In this document: positions 13,040-26,699 of the stretch, piece by piece
Numbering within the stretch: the stretch's first letter is position 1
Layout of the letters: every line of letters starts with the position of its first letter
Origin: Tubulanus polymorphus
Taxonomy: Eukaryota; Animalia; Nemertea
Length of the DNA stretch: 64,000 bases
NCBI RefSeq assembly: GCF_964204645.1
Contig: NC_134028.1
Span: 12,385,263-12,449,262, forward strand
Direction of reading: 5' to 3'
Position numbers and translations under genes: made by a program
The notes under the pieces: generated by a model
What the model was told of the DNA's origin: nothing
The model's database searches: none
What the model saw: only the letters and a program-made list of their open reading frames with translations

Positions 13040-14651
13040 GTTATTTTACGTCGAAATTGCCGACTGGCGCTCAGTCGGCACTTTAACCACTCAGTACTCG
13101 GCATCTACTGAGATCCGATTTCAATAAATAAACTACCTACACTAACCTTATGTTGTTATCTTTTCATTGTTTACACTCCAAAGAATATATTTGAAGTTCA
13201 AGTGGCTGGAAATTGCCTCTAGAAATATTTTAGTACTGCTTTTGTTTTACTAAAAAACGGTTCCTCGCGAGACTCATCCGCATGAAAAAATCAATATCTT
13301 AGCAACACAATAATCAGATACCGCTCTGCGCGACTCGTGGATATTTGAGAAGTCATGAAAAATCGTTTCATACACAAAATACGATGAGAAAATGAGAAAA
13401 TGACTAAATAAACACAACAGTAAGAACAAGAAAGATCAGAGGTTTGCGATGATGGTTTATTTTTTTAAATCGGTTGAATGAGAGCTGAGTAGTGATGATA
13501 TAATTAGAATTGAATTCAAAAGAATTTAAAATCACCGCGTATAGGCCTATGGCTTCCGCAACTTAGTGTCAGGGGTCGCGTTAGCGATAGACCACTGACA
13601 CCAAGGTTCTCAGTGAATCGGGGCGCAGCGTCACTATGTCCCGCTCCGCGAATAAGCGTGCGGGCACCGAAATGAGTGCACGCGTACGGCCGTGACCACT
13701 CGTTAGTGACGTCAACAAGAAGGATGGCTCCGAGAATCGCCAAATCACAGGTTACTGTGAATAAATGGGATTCGACCATTCAAAAGTCCAAAATGTACTT
13801 TCTTGTTTTGTAAAACAAGTTTATTCATGTTGTTGTATAAAGCATTTTGTTTGAAACATTCTTTGATAATGTTTGTTGCGTTTAAAGCCAATTGTCCTTG
13901 TGTAATTCCATACTGGTCACTGACATCAAAGTTGTAATTTCTGTTCACATGTTTTGACTTATAAATATCCAACTTGTATGTTATATCTTTTAATACAGGT
14001 CATGCGATTAATTGCGTATCACTCCATTAGTTTAAAAAGAGAGCACATATTTCGATATTGTTAAATAATTAACTACATGTTTTCTGTCACACGTTGATTT
14101 TTACCCAGCACTTATTAAATTCAAATGTACGTGATGTATTCTGTAAGCTATGTAAGCTTGTTCTTAAACATACACCATGCATTTTCAATTTGTTCTGATG
14201 ATACTTTATTTTTCATATATAACATTTATATTTTAATTAAATAATTTCAAAATCTTTCCTATGCCCTCTGAAACGGAAAGTTACCAAGGACTATCACATA
14301 TTCAGATGCACGTTGATAATTGATTTCAATCGTCCCTTTTAATAATTCTATGAACATTATTTCGGAAAATGCAGGTGGCGCACAATCATAATACATACAA
14401 CTCATCAAGCTGACGAGTCGTTTCCGTAACCAATGTTACAGACGGGTAACCAATCTACTCGACTCCACAGACAACTAAACGACCCGAGTAACCCCAAATT
14501 TGACCATAACTATAAATTATGATATGTTAAACCGTATTGGTGTGACTTGACACATGCGTATCCCGCATTGACATATTTCTATTATCCACTTCTCAAATTA
14601 TGAATAGCACGCCAGCTCAGAAAACCCGTTATCGCTGCTTTGCAGCTATAT
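13040..14651 (+). mobile_element. Longer, 5'-truncated HINE/Helentron-family element abutting a penton-like gene
   Basis: Same 3' end CAGAAAACCCGTTATCGCTGCTTTGCAGCTATATT and internal TGACGTCA..GGCTCCGAGAAT..CAAATCAC block as 2625-3129; 5' boundary uncertain. Confidence 0.6.
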
Positions 14652-15018
14652 TTAACTTTATTCTTACTTTATTCGAACTATCACTTTTAATAAATTTAAT
14701 TTCAAATCGAGCAGCTGCGCCCATTTTTAAACGAGCTCTTTTATTAATTTCCTGCGCTAATGTTTCTAAATTATATAATCTTGGTTTTAGATAAAGATGA
14801 AACCATTTATCAATTTTTCTAACATGAATTTTAAAAGCTAAATGATCAAGACTTTTATTCGATATATTATGAAAAGAATTACATAAACTTACATTTACTA
14901 ATTTAAAATCTACACAATTTTTAAATTCTCTATCTAATTGTACAAGTAAATTATGAGATTTATGATTTGTAAGTCTTCTAGAATCAACAAATATTCTATA
15001 TTCTTTTAATTCACCCAT
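14652..15018 (-). pseudogene. Penton-like gene, 3' half lost
   Basis: Homolog of 83-838, truncated at the HINE end. Confidence 0.7.
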
Positions 15019-15084
15019 TATTTATAACGCGAAAAAATACCTCGCATCACTAAAAATTAATTTTGATAAAATTTTCCCTTAATA

Positions 15085-16241
15085 AATGGAAGAGAAGATA
15101 CCATGTGAAATTTGTGGTGAACTTAAAAGAAAAAGTAATATGGTTTGATATATGAAAAAACATGATAAAAATTATAAACCCCCTAAAATCAACTGCCCAA
15201 ATTGTAATAAATTATTCTCAAGAAATTATGTTAAAAAACATTCAGAGAAGTATGAAATTAATGAAAGTAATAGTAATTCTGTTGAAACTGAACCTGAAAT
15301 TATTTGGAAAAGACCTTTCTTATTCTGTGATAAGAATAATAAAAAAGATCATTTCTGTGAGCATTGGGAGAATCATCAATTTCGTAAAGCACATATAGAT
15401 AAAATTTCTAATAAATTTGAAACAGAATTCAATGAAACAAAAAAAAAAAATATTAGAAAAAATGAAATATTGGAAAACGTTACCAGATAATAAAGAAACA
15501 CTTGAAAAGTTGGAAAAACAATATAATGAATTAGCATTATTACAACAAGTAATTCAAATTCACATAATAGAACAATAAAACATAAAGAAAACGTAAGTAA
15601 ATACCAAGAACTTAATGAAGATCAATTACCAAGATATGATAGAAAAAAATGCCCACAATGTATTTATGAGTGCTTATGACAAGAGAATTCCGTGATATTT
15701 TGTAATGAATGTCGATGGCAAAGAAATTTATGGGGTGATGAAAAAACTAGAGATATTCTTATAGAACCAAAATTAAAATATCTAGATGAAATTTTTAAGA
15801 TATTTTCTATGGAAGATCATACACCAGAATATAAGCAATGGATTGAAAAAATGAAAATAATAGAAAATAAAAATGGTGAAATAACTAAGAAAGATATAAT
15901 AAAAACAATTATTCCATCAACATCTAACACAAAAGAAAAGAAAATGTATTTATATTTATTATTAAACGATTATTATAAAAAACCTAAATTAACAAAAGAA
16001 GATATGGAAAATATAAAAGAAACATTCACAAACATATTAAAATATTATGTGGAAAATAAAATAACAGATTCAATTAATTATGAATTCTGTTTAAATAAGA
16101 TTGTAAATTTTTTTAAACATCGATATTATAATTCCATTTGATGAATTAACGAACAAAAAAAGAGAGCTAGATGAAACAATTAAATAAAAATGAAGAAACC
16201 AGTAGTGATTTCGAGTATGATGATCTTGATTTTATGTTTTA
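15085..16241 (+). pseudogene. Multi-zinc-finger protein, disrupted
   Basis: Homolog of 42740-44060. Confidence 0.75.
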
Positions 16242-19200
16242 ATGGCCATAAGGTAACGTTTTTATTCCATCATCCAAAATATATCTCTTATCATCGAATG
16301 GATTTAAGCTAGTTTTTTCAACTTCATTAATGTTCATCTCGTGATCTTCTGATCTTAAACAATTCATTTTATGTTTCATTACAATTGAGTTATATAAACA
16401 CTTAATATAATCTTGAAATTCTATATGTTTATCAACCACGTGCTTTGTTATTCCTTTTAACTTTTTAGCTTCGTGATCTTTTGTTCTATACCTATACATT
16501 TTACTTCTTATCCCAACAAATTCAATCATTTCATCTCCCCCTAATTCATCTTTAAACTTACCACGCTGCTTTTTATTATCATTGCTAAACAATTCATGAT
16601 CTTTTGGATAATTGCTAATGTCAAAATGATGCTCTAATGTTTTTAAGTCTTTTGTTATGTCATTTGTCTTGATTTTTAGTTTGTAGGCGTCAGTATTTAA
16701 GCAAATTAATGGAAATCCACAGTTAAATGTTCCATCTTCAGTTAACAATTTGGTTTATCTTTCATAATTTCTAAACGCATATTAAAACTTAGTGAATTAT
16801 ACAACACATTTAAACCACTCATTGCAACTTTTCCTTTTTGTGCAAATCTTATTACTGGAAAACTCGTAAATTTTTTAGCACCATCTGCTGCGTAGAATCC
16901 AATGAAGAACCATTTTCTAAGATTATATTCTGCATTTAATACATAATCTGGCACTATCTTTTCTTTGGTTAAAGTATTACTTTTCACTATTGCATGAATA
17001 TAGAATTCATCATTATATTTTAGAGCAAAATCTTTAGGATTATTTACAAGTATTCTATAAACTGCTGATGATTTCATAACATCCATGATTTTAAAAACTT
17101 TGGGCGAATAAACTTCTTCACAGTATTTCTTTATTCTTTCTAATAATTTCAAATCTTGATTGCATAAATACCGATAATATTTAGTTCCACTAACAGATTT
17201 ATACACACCTGCTGAACCATCACCCATAAAAAATCCTTTGATAAAATATTCTTTTTCTTCCAATGTTTTGAGTTCTATATTATAAATATTATCAATTATT
17301 TCATCAAATGACATGATTCATTCTTTGGAAAAATCTTTTATGTAATAATTTATCTCCAATTTTTATATCAGTTGGTTTTATTTCATCACCATTTTGTTTA
17401 ATTAAACTATGATCTTCAGTAACATCTACAACCCCTAATTTAGTTCTAACTCTGTAATTTTCTTATTCGGTTTATGCCTAATAATATTTTTTAATTTTTT
17501 CCATCCATTTCTTGTCCAAACATCCATTAATCCATTTATTTGTATTAATTCTTTTTCACCATACGAAATGTAAAGTTCATTTTGTTTTGGAATTATATCT
17601 GAAATTCTTCTAACTAATATTTGGTTATTGTATTATAATAATATTGGGGTGTCAGCTGTTACAGAATCAAAATATAATATTTCAATATACTTTTCCCCCA
17701 AAAGTGGTTGTAAAACATTATAATAAAAATCATACATTAATAATTTTGATATTTCTAAAACAGTTGAACCAATGAATATAGGTTTATTAAATTTCATTGA
17801 CGTTCTTTTTGATTTAACTGCGGTTAAATAATCATCAAATATTTTATTTCCTAAATGTCTAGGACTTGATTTTAAATGTCTTAATCGTTCAGAATTATTT
17901 ACTAATTCAATATCATTTCTATTTCTAATATTTTCACATGTTTTTCCATAAAACTATTATTCATTAATTTGAAGAAATCTTTTTCAAAATCTGTTTTCGA
18001 TATGGTTCTCTGTTGAGTATTAAAATCTATAATTTTTTCTAACCACTTCGATTGATTTAATTCAATATATCTATGTACTTTCTTTAATTTCATTCCTTGT
18101 TTTAGATAAAATTTTAACATTCTATAATGAACAATATAATCGTATTTATTATTTTGAGTAAGTATTAATTTTTCTGTAAAAACATGATCTTTCGGTTTTA
18201 TTTTCTTCTGGTATTCACTTGAATAACTATCATCTACGGCTAAATGTTCTGGGCAATATGGTAAGTTTCTTGTTTTAAACTTTATGTTATCAGGATATTC
18301 TAAATCAACTACAAAGAAATAACCAATTGGTGCTTCATCTTTTAAACCCATAATTGCACTTTCCCAATAAGTTTTATCATCATTTTCAACTTCTGTTAAT
18401 ATAAAATTTTTGTACGGTTGAGGTTGCATCATTGCCCAACCATATACATTATTGGCGTCAATATATAATAATTTATATTCATCATTTGCTTTAAAATGTC
18501 TATCTCCCATAACACCACTAATTCCACCTCTAATTGATTTTTCAAATAATAAAACCATGTCTGGTTCTTTTAATAAATCTAATTCTACATTTGTATATTT
18601 TAAACCACATTGCCAAGTTAAACCAGGACTTGAATAACAATAACAGGGATCAACATTAAAATGATTCAAATTAACTTCTCTAAATTTTTCAAATATGTCA
18701 GCCAATATCATAACATCTGATTTTAGATATAAATCTACTAATTCACCATGATTTTTTATCTTAAAGTGATTCCAAATATTTAATGTTCTATTAAACACTC
18801 TATCTTTCACATACTCCTCTTTTAATTGATCATAAAATTGTTCTTTTAATAATTCTGTTACATTAAAATCATCATGTGTTTTATAAAATGAATAAGGCAT
18901 TGCGCCCTTATATCTCAATAATTTAAAATCTTGTTCATTTGGATAATAATGTCGAGTTATTATTAAATCATTATCAACTAAACTTTTTGCTAAATTATCT
19001 AATGAACTTGCTAGAAATCTATTAGAATCTAAAAATCTAATGCAACCAAATTGAAATGAAATATAATTTTCAGATGTCTTAGCTAATAGTTTAAAAAATC
19101 ATATTTTCTTAAATTTGCTTCATTCATAGTATTATATTCTTCTATTTCTTGATTAATTACACCCAATTTTCCTGACAATTGTTTTATAAATAGATGGTTA

Positions 19201-21151
19201 TCATAGCCTGATAAATTATGAAATAATATTGGTACGAAATTAACTTTCTTAGCTTGTAAATTGCAATCTTCATGAGCAGCTCCACGATATTTTGAATTTA
19301 AATGATCATGATCTCTAACTTTTTTATCAAATGAATAAAAACGTTTTTCACAGTAACAACAATGAGTTGCATAATTAAAATCAATTTCTTTTTCAATTAT
19401 TTTATTACAAAATTCATTTACTACATCTTCACCTCTAAGAGAAATATATTGACTTTCATATTATTCAGGATAATTTGATTTTATATAAATTCCATATGCA
19501 GCAGCTCTTTGATGAACTTTTTAAATTGTATTTATAATTGATGGGTCTTGAATTATATCTTCATTTAGTTCATTTCCTTTATCCATTGATTTTAATAATT
19601 GCTGTTTGTTATATAATTCTTTTCTATCTTGATCAGTTAATTCTTTATTCAACGATTCAAAATCCCCATAAATTACAAATGGAACAATATTTTTAAATTT
19701 ATGATTAGTAAATTTCAACTTACAATCTTTTTTTGTTGGCATTATTAATTTACAAAAATCTTTATTATCACATAATTCTTTATGTTTTAGTAACGCATTC
19801 TCAGTCATAAATTTAGATAAACATTTTCTACATAGATAAATTTTACGATGATGATCATTTTCTGTTGTTCTAAAGAATAAATCAATTTGTTTTAACCACA
19901 TATAATGTTCATTTTCATCTTTTTTGTAATATAACAAATCTATAACATTTTCATCATCATAATATTCTGTTAAATATCAAGCTTCCAATGTATAATATTT
20001 TCACCTTTTGTCTCTGGTAATTGCATTAATTCGAATACATTTATTTTCAAATTATTAACTTTATCTATCTTAGGTATCATTTTTATAGTTACAGGATATT
20101 GATCAATTTTATATAATGTTTCATATTTCCGGTAATCTGTTATTCTAAAACTATGCGTAATATCATCTGTTGGGTGTAAACAACTAATAATTGACCATAG
20201 AAAACATTAATTATCTTCATTTTGAACATTTGTTACTGCTTATGTTGTAAATAGTAATTGAATATAAGATGATGCTTTAATATCCATTCTGTTGTAAAGT
20301 TTGAATCATTTTTAAACATTGTTTTACTTTTTGATGCTTTATTCCTTTTTGTATTATAAATATTCAAATCTAAAAATATAATTTCATTCAATGTTAAACC
20401 AGAACCCTCAAAATATCTTTCCTCAATATGACGTTTAAATTCATTATATATTTTTTCTAACTTCTCTTTTGTTTGTGTTTTTGAAATTATTTCTTCAGAG
20501 TGTGTTTGAATATTATAATCAATTTTTTCTTCTGATTTGATAAAACTTACTTTTCCAGAAATACTAATTTTTGGATATTCAACATCTGTTACCAAATCTA
20601 GTATTTTTTTCCACGATTTCAATAAATTTACTATAATCTTCTATTGTTGTACCTTTAAAAAATCTAAATATAATAGCTGCAGGTCCAATTTTACTGCGTA
20701 ATGTTTCTAAAATTTCAATTGTAACTTTTATTTCTAGTGAATCGATATAATTTCTAACATTTATCCATGTAAGGTTTATTTGAAATAGATTAAGTGTTTG
20801 AAACTGGTAGTTTTACTTGTTGAGGTTTATCATCATATAATCTGTTCCTAAAACATTATTACTTAAATTTTGTTTGTGTTTTTGCGATTCGAGATGTCTT
20901 TTATAATTCCTTTTTGCTATAAATTCATTACAAACTTCACATTTTATTTCATCCACATTCATATTTTCTAATCGTTCTTTTCTTTCATTGGAATTTTCTG
21001 GTGTCTCAAATCTATAACATTTTTTGTATGATTTGCAGTTTTGTCATGACACGATTTTTGAGATTTATCGATGAATTTTTTACAATATGGACGATAATAT
21101 TGATTTTTATTAACATCATATTTTTTCGGTCTGGAACTCTCTATCTCCCAT
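16239..21151 (-). pseudogene. pPolB copy 2 with intein, frameshifted
   Basis: YIDANNVYGWAM (motif A), FFKLMNNSF (motif B), YFD|TDA (motif C), exonuclease and EndoVII-like motifs. Confidence 0.93.
16695..17665 (-). mobile_element. Intein with LAGLIDADG endonuclease in pPolB copy 2 (small deletion near the C-terminus)
   Basis: SVTADTP start, YFIKGFFMGDGS, WFFIGFYAADG, ends FPLICLN followed by T. Confidence 0.88.
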
Positions 21152-21187
21152 TTTAAAAGAAAAAAAATTACTTGTGGTGATGAGTGG

Positions 21188-21429
21188 GCACGGTCACCTT
21201 CCCCCTGTGTATAGCAAACACGCTATTAACCGTTCTCGTCCAAGCCTCGCTGCATCTATCTAAGCGAGCATGGCTGGTTGCACAATCGCTGTACTACAGT
21301 AATAGCAAACGCGCTAATAACCGTTCTCGTTAGCGCCTCGCTGCATCGATCTATCCAAGCGCAGCTGTTGTTACGCTCACTCACTGTATACGTATGGCAC
21401 AACGCTGTTGACCGTTCTCGTGCCTAGCT
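21188..21429. repeat. 242-bp GC-rich insertion with ~90-bp internal repeats inside the TIR, flanked by an 11-bp duplication
   Basis: GTGATGAGTGG at 21177-21187 and 21430-21440; ACCGTTCTCGT occurs three times. Confidence 0.8.
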
Positions 21430-21924
21430 GTGATGAGTGGTGTTTCGACCTCTCGACCTCTGGTATGAAACCCCACTTTTACAATTACTGATAAATCTCA
21501 AAGGGCAAGACATAATAAAACTAAAACACATTTAGAAAATAAATTGAAATTGGAATATAAAGATGATATATTAGAAACTAAATTAGAAGAATTAAAGAAT
21601 GAAAAAGAAATATACAAATGAGATAGTACATGTAATCAATCATTCAGTGATATAAGATATTATAAAGAACATTTAAAATCTAAAAGTCATATTAGAAATA
21701 TGAATAATGAGTGAAATAATATAAAAAGTAACGAGTAATTAACGAGTTAAAGAAAATATGAATTTTAAACATAAAAAGTGTGAGTTAAGTGTGAGAAGTA
21801 ATTCATACTTTAACAGATTTCGAATAAAAACATAGTCAATTAATCAAATTTTTAAATATAAAAAGTAACCAGTAATTAAAAAGTTGAAGAAAATATCAAT
21901 TTTAATAAAAAAAATTACTTATAA

Positions 21925-22533
21925 ATGAATGAACAGATACTACAGTTCAAAGATATCGATTTAAATGAATTAGAAAAATATTTCACAATTAGAAATTTTA
22001 TTCCTAATAAAGATTTGATTAAAACAGCACGTTTTCGTTTTCAAGTGAAAAATATTACTGAATTAATGATTAAAAATCATTACCCAATGATAGAGTTATG
22101 GAATGAAAAAGATAAAATCTTATTCAATGTAATAATTCCAAAATTCACAACATTTGAAGAAATAGATCAACATTTGATAATTACGGATGAAATGCAATCA
22201 CTTTTAAATAATGAAAATTCACATAAAACATTATTTTCACACTTACGTTATTGCCCTTTCAGAGAATGCTATGTAATGTTTTTCAGAGTAGAAGAAAAAA
22301 GATATATCCCTGACATTCCAAATGAAAAATCATTCAAAGATGTGGGAATTCAAAGTGAATTATATAATGATAAGTCTTATAAAGATATAGGAACTCAATG
22401 TAACTTAGATAATGAAATTGTTACGCCTAAATATAATCTTAATGAAAGCGTTTTATGTAATTGTGGAAACTATTATACTCGAAGCAATAAATCACACCAT
22501 CTTAAATCAAAATATCATGACTCAAAATATTAA
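21925..22533 (+). CDS. Hypothetical protein with C-terminal zinc finger
   Basis: Intact 202 aa; TAAATG start; CNCGNYYTRSNKSHHLKSKYH; KSFKDVGIQ repeat. Confidence 0.65.
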   Translation: MNEQILQFKDIDLNELEKYFTIRNFIPNKDLIKTARFRFQVKNITELMIKNHYPMIELWNEKDKILFNVIIPKFTTFEEIDQHLIITDEMQSLLNNENSHKTLFSHLRYCPFRECYVMFFRVEEKRYIPDIPNEKSFKDVGIQSELYNDKSYKDIGTQCNLDNEIVTPKYNLNESVLCNCGNYYTRSNKSHHLKSKYHDSKY

Positions 22534-23339
22534 TTCAACTCTAAATATTCGAAATAAGATATTTCAAATTACTTTTTTTCTTAAATAAATGTATGATTTC
22601 AACATACCAACCGGAAGTAGTGACTGAAACATTATTTAGTTGCTGGAGGTTTAATATTAGCCGCTCTTTACTTTCATTATGAAAATATTAGTAAGGATCT
22701 AATGAATGAAAATATGAAAAAGTAAGAAATTAAAGAAGTTAAATGGGAATAATAATCAAAAAGTTAATGATTTAGAAGTATTAGAGGATTAAAACAGCAT
22801 CTTTTAATTTAATTTATTTTTTATATTTTAACTATAAAAATGAGTGAGAGTAAGGTGTTAGAAATATTACATCTAACATATAATAATCAACAGAACAATT
22901 AAATCAATGATTATGCTTACAGGATTAGTTTCATTTGCATTTTTTAGCATAAAACAGTTGTTAGAATTCTATGATAATTGCAAAATTAGATACGCTGAAT
23001 TAAAAGATAACATAAATTATCTATCAGATAGAATTAATAATATTAAGTGTTGTGAAAATAAATAAATGTAATAAAAGATATAAATATGAAAAATCATTAA
23101 AAACTCATAAATATATTCATGAGCTTAACAAGAAATTGTATAATTCAAATTAAGTTATTCATATATGATATTTTAATTCTTTACATAAACAATAGAATAA
23201 TACAAGATGATACTAAGTTAGTTGGTTTGTTGTTTTTCTAATATTATTTTAGTCAAATGGAAAGAAATCTAAAGTAAACAAGAATTGAATAAAAAATGTT
23301 AGAAAAACAATAACCTTCTTTAACTATAACTAAATAATA

Positions 23340-24245
23340 CTTACTTAGTAAGTACTAGACGTACTCTAAGTACTAGACGTACGAGTAAGAATCGAAGAAT
23401 CCAAGAAAGTAAGAATCCAAGAAAGTAAGACCGGTACGAGAGGTACGAGTAAGAATCCAAGAATTCTTACTTTCTTACTTTCTTACTTTCTTACTCGTAC
23501 CTCTAGTACTTAGATATATAAACATGAATAAATTATATGTTTCTACTTAATAAAAATAAAAGTAGATTATATTATAACTATTTCAATACTTAGATTAATA
23601 ATTTATTCATTTTTATATTCTATTTTTAAAAGAACTAATTTATATATCTATGTATGAGACGTACGAGTAAGAAACCAAGATTCTTGCCAAGAAAGTAAGA
23701 CAGGTACGAGAGGTACGAGTAAGAATCCAAGAATCCAAGAATTCTTACTTTCTTACTCGTACCTCTAGTACTTAGATACATAAATTAGTTTTTACAAAAA
23801 TTTTAAATATAGATAGTTATAATATAATCTATTTTTTATTTTTATTAAGTGAAAACATATAATTTATTCATTTTCATATTCTATTTTTATAAAAACTAGT
23901 TTATTTATCTGTTTACGAGACGTGCGAGTAAGAAACCAAGATTCTTTCCAAGAAAGTAAGAAAGTAAGAATTCTTGAATTCTTACTCGTACCGCTCGTAC
24001 TTGGGTATATGAATTAGTTTTGTAATAATTAAAGATATAAAAATGAATGAATTATATGTTTTCACTTAATGAAAATAAAAATAGATTATATTATAACTAT
24101 TTCTATACTTAGATTAATAATTTAAATTTTTAATTTAAAAAAAAACTAATTTATATATGTATGTACTAGAGGTACAAGTAAGAAAGTAAGTAAGTAAGAA
24201 TTCTTGGATTCTTGGATTCTTACGTACGTCTTGTACATAGATATA
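23340..24245. repeat. Array of imperfect palindromes (GTACGAGTAAGAA...AAGAATTCTT...TTCTTACTCGTAC) separated by AT-rich spacers
   Basis: About four palindromic blocks; homologous array at 59385-59755. Confidence 0.85.
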
Positions 24246-24249
24246 TAAA

Positions 24250-25413
24250 TTATTCTAATTTTGTTTCTAATAAGTTTATAAAATCATCTTTGTTAATATC
24301 TAATTCATAATAATGCTTAGGTAGATTTATTAATTTTAGTTGAGCCATCAGATTATGATAATTAGTATGTATCTTACCTTCATCACTTAATTTTTCAAAG
24401 TATTCATCATAATAGAAATCAAAATGATATCCAAAATTTTTTATAAGATAACTTAAATCTATTTTTCTCGAATACAATAATTCATATATTTGTTAAGGAT
24501 TATTTTCTGCATAAGCTAATAATTTATCAAATAACAACTTATAGAATATATAATATTGTTTAGTTTTAGGATCAAAATATTTGATATATTTCTTTGGGTT
24601 ATTTAACAATGGTATCATACTCACATTTTTATAAACATTAATTAGATGTAATTTTGATTTAGAACGAGTATTTTCATCAACAGGTTCAATTTTCTTATTA
24701 CAATATTGACACGTTTTATTTCTTTCTATTTCTTCTAATTTCTTTTCATTTTCTTCTAGCTTCCTTTCATTTTCTATATGCGCTTGAGATTTTTTATGGT
24801 TAGAATAATTACTTTTAGAGATATCTAAATTACAAATATTACAATGTTTTTTAGAATCATCAATTGTTTCATTATCGTTAGTTTCGATTGTATCAACATT
24901 ATCTGTTATATTATCTATGGTATCATTAGTTTCAATTGTATTTACATTATCTATGATATTATTATCAGATATATTATTATCATTATTCTTCTTTTCTTTT
25001 TCTTCATGTTTCTTTTATTTCTTATGTGATGCCCAATTGTTATATGATATATATTACATACGTCACAATATTTTTCATTTGTCTTTTTGGTTTTGATATC
25101 AGGTTCAATATTTATATTATAATTATCATTATTGGATGTAGAAGGTATAATATCAATATTTTCATTATTATTAGATGTAGATTCAATATCATCCTCTATT
25201 TTAGTATCAATATTATCTTCTTTCTTAGTTTCAATATTATCTTATTTTTAGTTTCAATATAATTATCTATTTATTATCTATTCTACTTATTCTATATTTA
25301 AATTGATTATAGAATTCTCCAAAATACTTACTATATTCATCATAAGGTATTATATAATATATATCTGATATCATTTCACTTGGACTTTGTATTTCATGTA
25401 TTCCTCCTTCCAT
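24250..25413 (-). pseudogene. Multi zinc-finger (matrin/U1-like spacing) protein
   Basis: Homolog of 59757-60910. Confidence 0.7.
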
Positions 25414-25445
25414 TTATTATAGAAAGTTTTATTAAAATTAAAATT

Positions 25446-26684
25446 CTAATACATAACACTATTCAATTGAGAATTTATGATATTTGATTGCGCTTCAGAT
25501 ATAAGATAAATTTAAACCTCCTTTTTTCTTTTTCATGAATAATTGTATTCCATCTTTAGTGTTATGTAATTTCTTCCCAGAACCATGTAATAAGTTATCC
25601 TCTGTTGTTCTAAAATCTAACCATAATGCGTATTTATTACCGGTATAATAATCAATTTGATTAATATTACAATTTTCAAATGATTTTACTTTTTCATTCA
25701 TAAAATGTTTTTTAATTTCTGGCCACTGGTCATTCTCATTCTCATTCCCTGACAAAATATTTTATTAGCTATTCCTTCGACAGTTATCTCTACTTTTGTT
25801 ATTTCAGGATTATAATAATTATCAACATTTATTGCGCCATTAGAATATATGTTGCAATGGTAAAAAATATTGATACACGTTTAATAGATCTTCTTGGGAA
25901 GTTGATACTTTCATTGATTATTTCATCATTTGCATTAATAGTTACAGTTTTGAATTTATCAATATAATCATATAATAATGAAAATCCTTGGTTGTATTGA
26001 GTTTGAATTGTGCTAGCAATATTTTCATCAGTTACTGTGTCATATTCTAAACATATATTCGATGATTTATATCCCATATTTTTAACAACGCTTGATAATA
26101 CAATTTCATTAACAGGAGAAAATGTTATTTCAAATATAATATCTTCTTGTATTGCATATTTATATAAAGGCGCATTATTATTTATCGATCAAAATCTAAT
26201 TGAATTTTATATTTGCTTCCATAAATCTTTTTTATCAAATTATCTGCGGCACGAGTAACTGTTGCGTAGTTAGCTCCTGACATTAATTTATTATGGTTTT
26301 CTGATTGGAAGCCTTGAAATATCATATTATTTCTATTTTAATTTGTTAACCATAAATCTTTATAATGCACAAATAAATTATAATCATCTAATGAGAAAAC
26401 TGTTTGTGGTCCAATCATTATAGTTAATTTTTTAGTCAAATATCTCCCAACATTATCTACAACATAATTATTATCATGGCCAGTTACTTTTATATCAGCC
26501 GAAAAATAAATACTATTTGGAACATAAAAAGTATTTTGATTTAATCTCGGGATTCTAACATATAAAGTTTCATCGGGATTAATATTTGAAGGATTATGAG
26601 TAATAATATGATGAGATCACTCTGCTTTAATAGCATTAGTTATTCTAGAAGTCTTAGAAAAGGATTTATGTAACTCCCACTCAT
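25446..26684 (-). pseudogene. Major capsid protein (putative double jelly-roll), frameshifted
   Basis: Homolog of 36370-37593 (ALWLDFRTTEDN.LHGSGKKL). Confidence 0.65.
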
Positions 26685-26699
26685 TTATTTAAAAAAATA

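Larger units (their letters stand above)
14652..21489. mobile_element. Partial Polinton type A, copy 2 (penton fragment, ZnF gene, pPolB, right TIR)
   Basis: Colinear with 42300-49206; right end ...CTCGACCTCTGGTATGAAACCCCACTTTTACAATTACT. Confidence 0.9.

Noticed and set aside
13516-13972. ORFs within the long HINE-like element
   Set aside because: No recognisable motifs and no homologs in the window
23340-24245. Possible CRISPR array
   Set aside because: Repeats vary in length, spacers are copies of each other, no cas genes, eukaryotic context
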